From a virus (taxonomy: Duplodnaviria > Caudoviricetes), in the IMG/VR virus record IMGVR_UViG_3300003965_000013, positions 3,540 through 67,539 of that record: DNA of 64,000 nucleotides. One strand, 5' to 3'. Shown one piece after another: positions 17,283 to 27,458 of the stretch. The notes under the pieces were generated by a model, which had not been told where the DNA came from, ran no database searches, and saw nothing but the letters and a program-made list of their open reading frames with translations. A program made the translations under genes and the position numbers. Within the stretch, counting starts at the first letter, position 1, and every line of letters starts with the position of its first letter.

Positions 17283-18688
17283 TGGTAGCAAATATAGTAT
17301 TACCCAGCAATGAAGTACCAGTGCCTGATATTGGCAATGCCATCCTGCAGATAAGAAGCAGGCAGGAGGCGCTGCAGCGCAAGCAGCAGCAAGACCAGGA
17401 GGACACCATACGGTATTTAACCGAGAAACTGGACTATTCCAAGTTTGGAACGGGAACGGCCGCCGATGAGAATATCAACAACATGCTGAATGGTATTTAC
17501 ACGAAGTATGCGGATAGGATTAAAAACAACAAAGGGATGAACAGCGGGCAGGTGTTATTTGAGATGCAGCAGGATGTGAATGGTATTAAAGCCTACTCAC
17601 AGAACGTGCAGGCGTTGCGAAAAAATATTGATGATTATGTAACCAAGTACACACAAAACGCAAAAGATATTGACGGTAATCTGTTAAAGAGAAATGCTTT
17701 GACCAATGCGCTGTTTAAGATTGACCCCAATACAGGGCAACCAAAACTAAAAGACCCCGGCGAGATTGACCCGAATGTGGACTATGTGGGAGAGATTATT
17801 AAGAACAGGCCGGAGGATGTGTTTGGCACCAATTTGATGTGGGTGAACGACCGTATAAAAGCAATGGAAGAAACACCATTAAGCGGTGAGGTGGTGAGAG
17901 ACAGGGGCGGAGTGAAAAGAACAGCCATGTGGGAAGCAAAGCTGAAACCATTTGAAACGGTGCTGTATGATGGAGAAGGTAAACCAAAGGGTGCGGGCAT
18001 TAAAACAAAAGTGGAAAAGTTGTTTGGGAAAGATGTGGCTACCCTTGACCCGGAAGTATATGGTATTATGTTTGGCGGCAGTGAAGATGAATTTAGGATA
18101 AGGGCGGCTATGAGAAGGATGGCAAAGGAGAAAGGCGTATTTGTTGACCCCAATACACCCGAAGGAGAAATTATGAAACGTGCGGTGGCGTATGATCTGT
18201 TAAAAGGTTTCAGGCCGCAGGGAGATTTTAAGTATAAGGATAAGGAGGATGAAGATACATGGAGATCCAAGCAGAATGCGGGGATAACGATTATTAACCA
18301 GGGGGGCGGTAAGAAGGATGAAGTGCCAACCTATGATATGTTTGGTGAGGTAGAGAACGTGCTGAAAGCCGAGAACAGGATAGAAAGAGGCGTTGGCATC
18401 AGCCCGAAACTATTGCCGATTGATATACAAACACAGATCAAAACCAACCTTGAAAACAGCGGGTATAAAGATATTACGCCTGATAAGTATTGGTTGAAAA
18501 TGGGGGAAGATGGTGTGATTAATATTTACCGTAAAAAGGGAAGTCAGTTAACGTTTGAAGTAATGGGAACGATTAGCAAACCCGGAATGAATATAGAGGC
18601 AAATAAAAAACTTGGGCAAAAAGCCACTCAAAAAGCGGCTAAAGATCAAAAACAAACAACAACTCCTTCGGGAATACAATGGAAGTAA
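17282..18688 (+). CDS. Putative ejection (cargo) protein
   Basis: 468 aa helical; lies between cargo-like and giant genes. Confidence 0.5.
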   Translation: MVANIVLPSNEVPVPDIGNAILQIRSRQEALQRKQQQDQEDTIRYLTEKLDYSKFGTGTAADENINNMLNGIYTKYADRIKNNKGMNSGQVLFEMQQDVNGIKAYSQNVQALRKNIDDYVTKYTQNAKDIDGNLLKRNALTNALFKIDPNTGQPKLKDPGEIDPNVDYVGEIIKNRPEDVFGTNLMWVNDRIKAMEETPLSGEVVRDRGGVKRTAMWEAKLKPFETVLYDGEGKPKGAGIKTKVEKLFGKDVATLDPEVYGIMFGGSEDEFRIRAAMRRMAKEKGVFVDPNTPEGEIMKRAVAYDLLKGFRPQGDFKYKDKEDEDTWRSKQNAGITIINQGGGKKDEVPTYDMFGEVENVLKAENRIERGVGISPKLLPIDIQTQIKTNLENSGYKDITPDKYWLKMGEDGVINIYRKKGSQLTFEVMGTISKPGMNIEANKKLGQKATQKAAKDQKQTTTPSGIQWK

Positions 18689-18689
18689 T

Positions 18690-21600
18690 ATGCCGGATCA
18701 AATTGAGCAATATTATAATTATTTGAAAGGCGCCGGTGCTGATGTGGCACCTACGCTTCAATCCTTTCGTAAGACTCTTGCTGATGATAAAACAGCAAAA
18801 CAGTATTATGAATATCTGAGACAGAATAAATTTGATGCCCCCGACACTTACGAATCATTTGCGGGTACGTTAGGTATTAAAAAAAAAGTTGGTGGCGCAC
18901 CATCTGGCTTAACTTCAGAGGAACAAAATAAGTACAACCTTATTTTACAAAAGCAACAGGAGTTTATGCGTAGTGGCGGCAAGCAACCTGCTAAGCAGGA
19001 TAATCTTGTGCTTCCTCAGCCTATTCAAAAAATAAAGACCGCAGAACAGCAAGACGGCAGAACGGTTTTGCAAAAAGATAAAGACGCAAGAGGCAACAAA
19101 GAAACCGCTTTACAAATTCAAAAAAGGATTATTAAAGAACAAACATCAAAGCCGGGGATGCCCGCTGTGGCTGCGCCTGAGCCCGTGGTAGATGGGCTGA
19201 ATGTAATTACCGATCCTGATGAAATATTGGGGTACAACTTACGAAACCCTGAAAAGAATAAAGTACAGGTAAAATATGAGCAAGAGCAACAGAAGAAAAA
19301 AGAAACCGAAGAACTGATTGAACAGGCGCAGGCGGATGTGTTTTACAATACACCCGCAGGAAAGTTTTACTACAATATTTTTAAACCATTAGCAAAAGCT
19401 GGTGGCGCCGGGCTTGCCAATCTAACGAGTGGTACAGTACGAACAGCAGGCGATATAATTGGTGCAGACGAAATTACCGGGGAGTGGGCGGATGCTATTT
19501 ACGATTACATACACCCGGACAAACGATGGACGGAAGAGAAAACTAATTGGATGGGTAAAACACCTACCCCATTGCAGGGTAATTTGTTTAATGACGGTAA
19601 ACTGAATGCGGCTAAGATAGTACCATCAACCGTAGAAACGCTTACCAATATGGCCTGGCTGTTTGGTACGGCGGCAGTGGGTAACGCTGCGGGTGCTGGT
19701 AGTGTTCCATCACTGATTGGAGCTTCTTACATTAATACGCAAAGCGATTACAGGGAAGCAGGGAAGCAGGCGGGGTTGAAAGGTGAAGCGCTTGATAATT
19801 TTACCACCATGAGTGCGGGGCTCACCTCTTTACTGGAAGCGTTTAGCCCGAACAAACTGATTACCGGAGGTGTAAAAACCCAGATGGCGAAAGAATATGC
19901 GGAATATTTGGCAAAGGGCTATACTTCCAAACTGGCGTTCAAGCAGGCATCAAAGCAACTGGCCAAGGAGATAACCACGGAGAATATACAGGAAATTTCA
20001 CAGGGTGCGGGTGATAAGATGGTGCGTTTGCTGTTTGACAAAACCAGTGAAAAGCCTTTGTTTAACGATGATCTTTCCTGGAATGGGATTAAAGATGAGT
20101 TGTTTGAAACCATGGTACTGACAACATTCAGTACCGGTGCTTTATCAACTCCCGGTGCCATCCGTAACAGCAGACCCAGCACTTTTGAAAAAAGTGCATG
20201 GTATAATGTGGCGCAAAACCCTGAGCAGTTTAATGCGTTCATCAATAAACAGGTGCAGGAAGGAAAAATGGACCTGCCCAAGATGCAGGTGCTTACGGAT
20301 AATTACAACAAATACCGTGGAGCGGTGGAGCAGGCTAAGCAGTTTGGGTTTAGTGAACACCAGGCGGTAGAAGCAGCGTGGCAAATATTTAAGGGTCGTG
20401 AACTGGACAATGAGTACAAACGCATTGCCAATAACCCCGTATTAAAAGAGGCGGTGGGCAATGAAATAAAAGAGGAACAGAAACAAACGGGCAACGAGGT
20501 AAAACGTATTGGCTTGGGCATTCCGGATGTGGGTGGTGAACTGAGTGGTGGCGAAGTGGTGCAGATTGTAAACCATATAGGTGATAAGTTTGGAGAGCCA
20601 ACCGCTGAGATGCAGGAACGTATTGGGGCTAATGAATACAGGGTGGAAGAAATTGATTTGAAAAACCTCTATGAAACAGATGCAGGGTTTAAGAATTACG
20701 TGGAGAATTACGACCGTAAAGAAAAGAATAAGGATGGGTTGATAGTACCTGCAATCATGGCAAAAGACGGTACGATTGAAGATGGCAAGAGCAGGCTGGC
20801 CCAGCAATACATTAACGGGGAAACCAAGGCAAAAGTTTTTCAACCATTAAAAACAAATATCAATGAAAGGGAAGAAAAAGGGCAAGAAGAATTGTTGACC
20901 GGTTCTGATGCCATGACAAAGCAACAACCTGCGGCGGCCAAACCAAAGCAGGTTGTATTACCTCAGCAACAGGAATACAAAGGCCGGAGGTTGAAGGTGG
21001 TGTATGATGGCAATAAGCGGGTGGTGAAGGGTAAGAACGGCAAGGTAATAAAGCAGGACACACCCGAAGCCAAACGTATTTTACGGCAGCATGAGGACAA
21101 TTACAATTACAATTTTGGACAACCGGCAGCCACGGAGCAAATGCCTGAAAACATAGCACCTGAACAGGCGGGCAGGTGGATTGCGGAGAACAGTAATAAC
21201 CCGGCAGAAGTGGCGGGGCTGTATTTGCAAGAGCCCGGGCAAACAAGATTTAGGGATAAGAAAGAAGAACTGATTGCTGAATACGGTATTGGTAAATTTA
21301 CCAGCAGTGATTTTGCGGGTGTAGATGATAAGGCCAATATTACCGCAGGCATGGCGAAAAGTTATTTTGCCGGTAAGAGTAATGCAGCCGTACAGGGGAT
21401 AGATGTTTATGCCAAAGAACTGAGCGATCACTACGGAATTGAGTTTACGCCACAGGATGTGGCAGATTTTATAAAACGTTTTCCGAACCGGGAGTTTGGT
21501 GGTACAGACAGGACAGAAACCGCAGAAGCGGCGGCCCAGCGTTTTGAAGATCTGACAGGCATACCATTGACGGATAGGGTGGCTGCTATGGCCGCTGCAC

Positions 21601-24600
21601 AGTTTGCGCCCGAAGAACTGGTGAACGAAGCAAGGCAGGAAGAAGATGCGGAAGCAGAACGACCATTGACCGAGGATGAGATTTTGGAGATTAACAGTTT
21701 GTTACAGGAGGACTTTGAAAATAGTGATAACTTAGATACCTTTACGGACGATGAAACAGGAACTATACCTGAAACAGATACAGCAGCAGATGCCCAACCT
21801 GGCACCGGAGCAGCAGCAGAAAGCGGCGGCACACCTGTACAAGAAGGCGGTGAACAAACGGGTGCTGAGCAAGATGAAGAAATCTACGAGCAAAACGATG
21901 ACGACTTAATTGGATCTCTTGCGGCAGAACTTGAAAATGAACTCAACAACCCAACGGAATTAGGAACGGGTGGTTTTGCCAGCGAAACAAAACAATACGA
22001 TGCAGCAATCTTACGGACAAATGAGCAATCAACCACAGCATTCGGCAACTTATCCGGGTTATCCGCTTCTGCCATTGAAAGAAGTTTGGAAGCAACTGGA
22101 AGAGTATTATGGGTTGAATATTCAAAGCAACAGGGAGATGGTATTGCTGAACAGCAGCCTGTTCCGATCAGCTACAAAAGAGCAGCAGATGCCCGACAAT
22201 TGGGCGGCGGGGTATTATTGGCTGGCGACCAAGACTACAGCGGAGCAACTTTGCAAAACATACGGCAAGAATTTGGAACAGGAAGCGAACAGTTTAAATA
22301 CGAGCTTTCCCATGTGCTTGCCACAAGATTATTGCAGCCAGGTAACTTCACAGGAAAACTTTTACGGAGTAATAAAGCACTTTCAGCCGTTGATATAATA
22401 CTGGACAACAACCCCAATCCAGACAGTTACTTTTTAATTTATAACTCAGCCGGTTTTATAAAAATAAACATGGCGGCCGCTGCTAAGAGGTATGAACTTC
22501 TTGGTGAGCAGGCGTTTTGGCCTTATGCGGAAACTGCTTTGCAGGAAGAGGTGATTCATGCCGTGAGTGATGTGATTACCTCCGAAGCAGAGTGGGAAAC
22601 CATATACAACGAACTTACGCCGGATGAGGTAGCAAGTATTAAAGAACTGTACGACAAAGACGATCTTACCAACAAACAGGTAGCTGGTGAATACGTGCGT
22701 ATGATGGTGCAGGAAAAGGTGTTTGGTGTAACTACCGAACTGTTTACACTGCGTTCTACAACGGGATTACTGAATACATTTAAAAAGTTACTGAGTTATT
22801 TGAAGGGTGTATTTGCAGGCAACCCCAACCGTGTGAGCAAGGAAGTGATTGAAAGAGTGGAGACGGCGGTAAGGGAAATGAATGCAGAGGTAAAAGCCGG
22901 TGTTGGCAAATTAGGAGAAGTGGGTACGGGAAGGTTTGATGATGAATTGGGCGTTGATATTGTGGATGGTTTTTACAGCAGTCTTGAAAAAAGGCTGGCC
23001 GATATGAAGCCTGTAAAGATACCGCCGAAGCAATGGAAGGAGCGGCTGAAAAGCCAGGAGGCGGAGTTTACCGGATTGAATGCGTGGCTGGACAGCAAGA
23101 AAGAAAGCGTATCAAAAGAAGAGGTGCAGCAGTTTTTAAAAGATAACAGGATTGAGATAAAAGAGGTTAGGTTAGGCGAAAAAGAATACTCAACCCAGTG
23201 GGAAAAGATGAAGGACGGCTGGAAAAGAAAGATTGGCAATAGGTGGACGTTTGTTTGGGAATACCCATCAGGTATTTATGGACAAGGGCCAAGTGGCTAT
23301 CAACGAAAATTTAATTCAGTAGAAGAAGCAAAGAATCATTTTGATGAAGATGATACGTCTGCCAGCTCAAAGCCGACAAAGTATTTTCAATATCAACTTC
23401 CCGGCGAAAAGAGTAATTATAAAGAGGTGTTGGTGACGTTGCCCCCTGCAAAAAAAGGACAAGAGATGTTTCGGGGTTCTCATTTTGATGAATACAACAT
23501 CCTCGTTCACTTGCGCATGAACACCCGTACAGATGCGGATGGTAATAAGTTATTGTTTATTGAAGAAGTGCAGAGTGATTGGGGGCAGAAGGGGAAGAAG
23601 GAAGGGTTTGATAATAAAGAGCTTGAAAAAGAACGAAACACCTTGCTCGATGAAAGACGTAACCTTGAGAAAAAAGAGAGTGAAAATATAGTTGTTAAAA
23701 AAGTTGGGAATACTGGATTTGTAAACGATTTTCAAACTACATACAAAAACGAAGATTTACAAAAATCAATAAACCAAAGATATAAAGAGATAGATGATCG
23801 TATATTAAAAATAAATTCTCAAACAGGTATAACACCATCCGCCCCCTTCGTTACAGACACAAACGCATGGGTTAAACTTGGGTTGAAGGTAGCCCTTAAA
23901 GAAGCTATTAAGCAAGGTGCTGATAAGATTGCATGGACTACTGGTGAGCAGCAGAATGAACGATATGATTTGAGTAAGCAGGTGAAAAGTATTGAAGTTG
24001 AAAAAGTTGATGATGTACCTAATTTATTTTTTGTTGACATCAATATGCTCAATGAAACAAAAACACACAACTTAGAAGTAGAAAACGGCATAGTAAGACA
24101 AGGTGAATTTGTTGGGCAAAAACTTGAAGATATAGTAGGTAAAGATGTATCTGAAAAAATACTTAACGGCGGCACTCAAACATTAACAGGCGACAATCTA
24201 AAAGTTGGCGGCAAGGGCATGAAAGGATTCTACGGCAACCCTGCCGATGGTAGCCTTGGCATTGTGGGTAATGTAGCGAAGAGTTTGTTTAAGCAGGAGA
24301 TTAAGACTTCAACTATAAAAACAGGCGCAAATCTTGAAACTGATGGCGAAGTTGGATTTTATGAACTTAGTGATGGCGAGTATGCAGTAGAATACAAAGG
24401 AGAGCAAAAAGAGTTTGATAATATTACAGATGCACAAAACTATTACGATAGTATTACTAAATCCACATCTACCCAGCACTCCGTAGATATTACTCCCGAA
24501 TTAAAAATGGCGGTAAACAGAGGATTGCCATTTGAGATGGGCACCGGCGGTTTTGGTTCCAACTTCAACAACAATGCAACGGTTAAAAACTTTATTCAGA

Positions 24601-27458
24601 AAAACCAAAAGCGCATTTACGATGCAGTAAATCAACTACTGGCAAGCGGCAAAACAGAAGCAGAAGTAGCTTTGGAGCTGCAACAAAAGATGGGCTTCTC
24701 TCCCATGCTTTCTTATAACATTATTGCAAATGCAAAGCTGGCACCAAAGCAAGCCACAAAAAAAACATCAACTAAGGCAACGCAAAGTCCACTACATACA
24801 CAAAACGTATTTACAACAGCAGATATTGAAACAGCTACTCCCAAAGAATTACCTCCCTTTGCAAAGGCAAGAAAAGCAATCAATAAATGGCTGGGTAAAA
24901 ATTTCAGCATTGGCAAGGGGCTTCCTAATTGGATTGCCGGTATGCGTGAAGCATCTGTTGGCAGTAAGAGTGCCGATGTTCGTAAAGCGGTACAAATAAT
25001 TGACCGGTTGAAGAAAATTGCAAAGCAGGAAAAGTTTGACAATTGGGATGCGGTTGACAAGGTATTGCGTGGGGAGGCAGACCCTTCTACGCTGCCTGAT
25101 GCTATTGCCGCTCCTGTAATTGAAATGAGGGCTTTTATAGATGGGCTTTCAAGAGATTTGGTGGTGGGTGGTTTGGTTACGCCAAGCCAGGCAGTAACGA
25201 TTGAAAGTAACTTAGGTTCTTACATGAACCGTTCTTATAAAATGTTTGAACAGAAAAAATGGGCAAAGGATATACCGCAAAACGTAAAAGCAGATGCAAT
25301 TCGTTTTTTAGCACAAAGGGCGTATGCTCAACTGTACGGAGAAAAATATGGAGATACAGATGCAGGCGTGGATAATGATTTGAAAACAGAAGCATTAAAG
25401 CAAGCAGAGCGTGAGTTCCAGGAAATTATTGATGATGTGGAAGAAGCGTATGGGTTAAGAACTTCCAATGATAAAAAAGACGTGGGCGTATTAAAGCAGC
25501 GAAAGGATATACCCAAAGAGATACGTGAATTACTTGGAGAGTATGCTAACCCCGGACTTACGTTTGCAATGACGGTGGCAAAACTTACATCATTAAAAGC
25601 ATCTGCTACAATGCTTGTTGCTGTAAAAAACAAAGGCATGGGTACTTTGTTTTTTGAGGCAGATGACAAAAACAGACCAGCCAGTCACAGCGTACAATTT
25701 GCCGGAGAAGGCAGTGCCGTATGGTCGCCACTTAACGGATTGTACACAACACCCGAAATAAAAGAAGCCTTTGATGCCAGTGAAGATCATCTCAATACTT
25801 TTTGGAAAGGCTACATGCGGCTGGTAGGTGCTATCAGGTGGGGTAAAACGGTATTATCTCCTGTTACTCAAATTAAAAACTTTGAAAGTAACGTGGGATT
25901 CTCTATTATGAATGGGCATTGGGATGTAAGAAATGCCGCAACCGCTTTTCGATACATGGGTTCTGTGGTGGCCGTAAGAGATAATGCGGGCAAGGCAGAA
26001 AACATTGTTGACAAATTAACAAGGCTTGGGCTGATTGACCAGGGGGTGAATATTGGAGAGATACGGAAGATGCTGCAGGATAATGAACTGCAAAGAATTG
26101 TATTGGAGCAATCAGATAAAAAAGATTATAATGTTTTCAAGAAACTGTATAACTACCTCAACAACGTGTACTCTGGTTCTGATAGCTTTTTCAAACTGTA
26201 TGGATTTTTAAACGAAGCACAGATATGGGCCAGGGCTAAGTTTGACAAAGACTATAAAGACCTTAGTACTGATGAAATGAAAGAAGTAGATGGCATTGCA
26301 GCAGAAAGAATTAAAAATACATACCCTACTTATTCAAGGGTGTGGGATGGTGCCAAGTGGCTAAGTGAGCGTGTGCCGCTGGTGGGTAACTTCTTATCGT
26401 TTCAGGCTGAATCTTTACGTGTGTTGTTTAATTCATTAGGGTATGCTTCGGTTGATTTGAAAAGCAGCGATGCAGCTACAAGGAAAGTGGCTGTTAAAAA
26501 ATTAGCAACGGGAGTGCTGCCTTATATTGGTATGCGTACTGCATTAATGTACGCAACTGTTCAATTAACAGGCGTTGGTGTAAGCGGGTTACTTTCTTTT
26601 TTAAACGATGATGATGAAGATGAAAAAAGAGATGATCTGAACAGGTATGTACCACCATTCATGCGCAGTGGCGATAAGATATATGTGAAAGATAAAGAAG
26701 GCAAGATTGTAGTGTACAACCTTTCCTCTATTGATAACTACGGTGCGTTTTTCAAGGTGTTTAATGCCATGACCAATGGATCAGAAAGTTTTGAAAAAGA
26801 GGGAATGGCTTCGGCTTTATACGAATTACTTTCTCCGTTTGTAGAACAGGAAATGTTGTTTGAATCTATAATGGAAGTTCAATTTAATGAAAACAGTTAT
26901 GGTGCCAATATTTACAAAGAAGGCGACTTGCCCGGTGATAAATTTATTAAAAGCGCTACCTACATTATTGATAAGATGAAGCCATCTGCCATAGACTTTG
27001 GCAAACGACTGGCAAAAGAACCAAACAGGGAAGTGGCAGCATTAGTAGGTATGAAACCATACGAAGTAAACTTTGACCGCAGTTTTTATTTTAAGACGAA
27101 ACAAACAGCCCTTGCGCTTGCAGATGAAAACGATGATTTCTACAAAAGAAGGTATGCTATTAACAATGACACAAAGCTATCAACACAAGAGAAAAACAAA
27201 CAGTTAAAAGCACTTAAAACAGAAATTGATGAAAATATTAAAAGAATCATCAGCGGATTGAGCAGGGATTACCAAGCGGCTTTAAGGCTGGGGGCAAACG
27301 GGCAAAATTTATCTCAGACGGTTAAGAAGCAAAAGTGGTTTGAAGGATTTGATGAAGATGTAAAAAAAGCGGTTTTGACAGGTAAGATGCCAAAGAAAGG
27401 GTTTATGGAGATAAAAGCAAAGCAAAAATCAAAAGACAACAAGGACGATGCCGACTAA
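18690..27458 (+). CDS. Giant polyvalent ejection protein (~2,920 aa; ParB-like, zincin-like and FIEEVQSDW-containing modules)
   Basis: ATG at 18690 in frame with ORF 18612..27458; PAIMAKDGTIEDGKSRL (ParB-like), LQEEVIHAV (zincin-like), LFIEEVQSDWGQ...APFVTDTNAWVKLGLK...KIAWTTG. Confidence 0.8.
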   Translation: MPDQIEQYYNYLKGAGADVAPTLQSFRKTLADDKTAKQYYEYLRQNKFDAPDTYESFAGTLGIKKKVGGAPSGLTSEEQNKYNLILQKQQEFMRSGGKQPAKQDNLVLPQPIQKIKTAEQQDGRTVLQKDKDARGNKETALQIQKRIIKEQTSKPGMPAVAAPEPVVDGLNVITDPDEILGYNLRNPEKNKVQVKYEQEQQKKKETEELIEQAQADVFYNTPAGKFYYNIFKPLAKAGGAGLANLTSGTVRTAGDIIGADEITGEWADAIYDYIHPDKRWTEEKTNWMGKTPTPLQGNLFNDGKLNAAKIVPSTVETLTNMAWLFGTAAVGNAAGAGSVPSLIGASYINTQSDYREAGKQAGLKGEALDNFTTMSAGLTSLLEAFSPNKLITGGVKTQMAKEYAEYLAKGYTSKLAFKQASKQLAKEITTENIQEISQGAGDKMVRLLFDKTSEKPLFNDDLSWNGIKDELFETMVLTTFSTGALSTPGAIRNSRPSTFEKSAWYNVAQNPEQFNAFINKQVQEGKMDLPKMQVLTDNYNKYRGAVEQAKQFGFSEHQAVEAAWQIFKGRELDNEYKRIANNPVLKEAVGNEIKEEQKQTGNEVKRIGLGIPDVGGELSGGEVVQIVNHIGDKFGEPTAEMQERIGANEYRVEEIDLKNLYETDAGFKNYVENYDRKEKNKDGLIVPAIMAKDGTIEDGKSRLAQQYINGETKAKVFQPLKTNINEREEKGQEELLTGSDAMTKQQPAAAKPKQVVLPQQQEYKGRRLKVVYDGNKRVVKGKNGKVIKQDTPEAKRILRQHEDNYNYNFGQPAATEQMPENIAPEQAGRWIAENSNNPAEVAGLYLQEPGQTRFRDKKEELIAEYGIGKFTSSDFAGVDDKANITAGMAKSYFAGKSNAAVQGIDVYAKELSDHYGIEFTPQDVADFIKRFPNREFGGTDRTETAEAAAQRFEDLTGIPLTDRVAAMAAAQFAPEELVNEARQEEDAEAERPLTEDEILEINSLLQEDFENSDNLDTFTDDETGTIPETDTAADAQPGTGAAAESGGTPVQEGGEQTGAEQDEEIYEQNDDDLIGSLAAELENELNNPTELGTGGFASETKQYDAAILRTNEQSTTAFGNLSGLSASAIERSLEATGRVLWVEYSKQQGDGIAEQQPVPISYKRAADARQLGGGVLLAGDQDYSGATLQNIRQEFGTGSEQFKYELSHVLATRLLQPGNFTGKLLRSNKALSAVDIILDNNPNPDSYFLIYNSAGFIKINMAAAAKRYELLGEQAFWPYAETALQEEVIHAVSDVITSEAEWETIYNELTPDEVASIKELYDKDDLTNKQVAGEYVRMMVQEKVFGVTTELFTLRSTTGLLNTFKKLLSYLKGVFAGNPNRVSKEVIERVETAVREMNAEVKAGVGKLGEVGTGRFDDELGVDIVDGFYSSLEKRLADMKPVKIPPKQWKERLKSQEAEFTGLNAWLDSKKESVSKEEVQQFLKDNRIEIKEVRLGEKEYSTQWEKMKDGWKRKIGNRWTFVWEYPSGIYGQGPSGYQRKFNSVEEAKNHFDEDDTSASSKPTKYFQYQLPGEKSNYKEVLVTLPPAKKGQEMFRGSHFDEYNILVHLRMNTRTDADGNKLLFIEEVQSDWGQKGKKEGFDNKELEKERNTLLDERRNLEKKESENIVVKKVGNTGFVNDFQTTYKNEDLQKSINQRYKEIDDRILKINSQTGITPSAPFVTDTNAWVKLGLKVALKEAIKQGADKIAWTTGEQQNERYDLSKQVKSIEVEKVDDVPNLFFVDINMLNETKTHNLEVENGIVRQGEFVGQKLEDIVGKDVSEKILNGGTQTLTGDNLKVGGKGMKGFYGNPADGSLGIVGNVAKSLFKQEIKTSTIKTGANLETDGEVGFYELSDGEYAVEYKGEQKEFDNITDAQNYYDSITKSTSTQHSVDITPELKMAVNRGLPFEMGTGGFGSNFNNNATVKNFIQKNQKRIYDAVNQLLASGKTEAEVALELQQKMGFSPMLSYNIIANAKLAPKQATKKTSTKATQSPLHTQNVFTTADIETATPKELPPFAKARKAINKWLGKNFSIGKGLPNWIAGMREASVGSKSADVRKAVQIIDRLKKIAKQEKFDNWDAVDKVLRGEADPSTLPDAIAAPVIEMRAFIDGLSRDLVVGGLVTPSQAVTIESNLGSYMNRSYKMFEQKKWAKDIPQNVKADAIRFLAQRAYAQLYGEKYGDTDAGVDNDLKTEALKQAEREFQEIIDDVEEAYGLRTSNDKKDVGVLKQRKDIPKEIRELLGEYANPGLTFAMTVAKLTSLKASATMLVAVKNKGMGTLFFEADDKNRPASHSVQFAGEGSAVWSPLNGLYTTPEIKEAFDASEDHLNTFWKGYMRLVGAIRWGKTVLSPVTQIKNFESNVGFSIMNGHWDVRNAATAFRYMGSVVAVRDNAGKAENIVDKLTRLGLIDQGVNIGEIRKMLQDNELQRIVLEQSDKKDYNVFKKLYNYLNNVYSGSDSFFKLYGFLNEAQIWARAKFDKDYKDLSTDEMKEVDGIAAERIKNTYPTYSRVWDGAKWLSERVPLVGNFLSFQAESLRVLFNSLGYASVDLKSSDAATRKVAVKKLATGVLPYIGMRTALMYATVQLTGVGVSGLLSFLNDDDEDEKRDDLNRYVPPFMRSGDKIYVKDKEGKIVVYNLSSIDNYGAFFKVFNAMTNGSESFEKEGMASALYELLSPFVEQEMLFESIMEVQFNENSYGANIYKEGDLPGDKFIKSATYIIDKMKPSAIDFGKRLAKEPNREVAALVGMKPYEVNFDRSFYFKTKQTALALADENDDFYKRRYAINNDTKLSTQEKNKQLKALKTEIDENIKRIISGLSRDYQAALRLGANGQNLSQTVKKQKWFEGFDEDVKKAVLTGKMPKKGFMEIKAKQKSKDNKDDAD
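21751..21909 (+). CDS. Candidate overprinted 52-aa gene (+1 frame) inside the giant gene
   Basis: MKQELYLKQIQQQMPNLAPEQQQKAAAHLYKKAVNKRVLSKMKKSTSKTMTT. Confidence 0.5.
   Translation: MKQELYLKQIQQQMPNLAPEQQQKAAAHLYKKAVNKRVLSKMKKSTSKTMTT
22000..22398 (+). CDS. Candidate overprinted 132-aa gene (+1 frame) inside the giant gene
   Basis: ATG after AAACAAAACAATACG; ...LKEVWKQLEEYYGLNIQSNREM... Confidence 0.4.
   Translation: MQQSYGQMSNQPQHSATYPGYPLLPLKEVWKQLEEYYGLNIQSNREMVLLNSSLFRSATKEQQMPDNWAAGYYWLATKTTAEQLCKTYGKNLEQEANSLNTSFPMCLPQDYCSQVTSQENFYGVIKHFQPLI

Noticed and set aside
24574-24999. Further +1-frame ORFs in the giant gene (24574 MQRLKTLFRK..., 24724..24999, 20137..20370)
   Set aside because: +1 ATGs arise readily from NAT-GNN codon pairs; compositions look like shadow frames and the main frame there is not linker-like
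18690-27458. Virion RNA polymerase as in crAss-like phages
   Set aside because: No DxDxD/DFDID catalytic motif seen; recognisable modules are polyvalent-protein type
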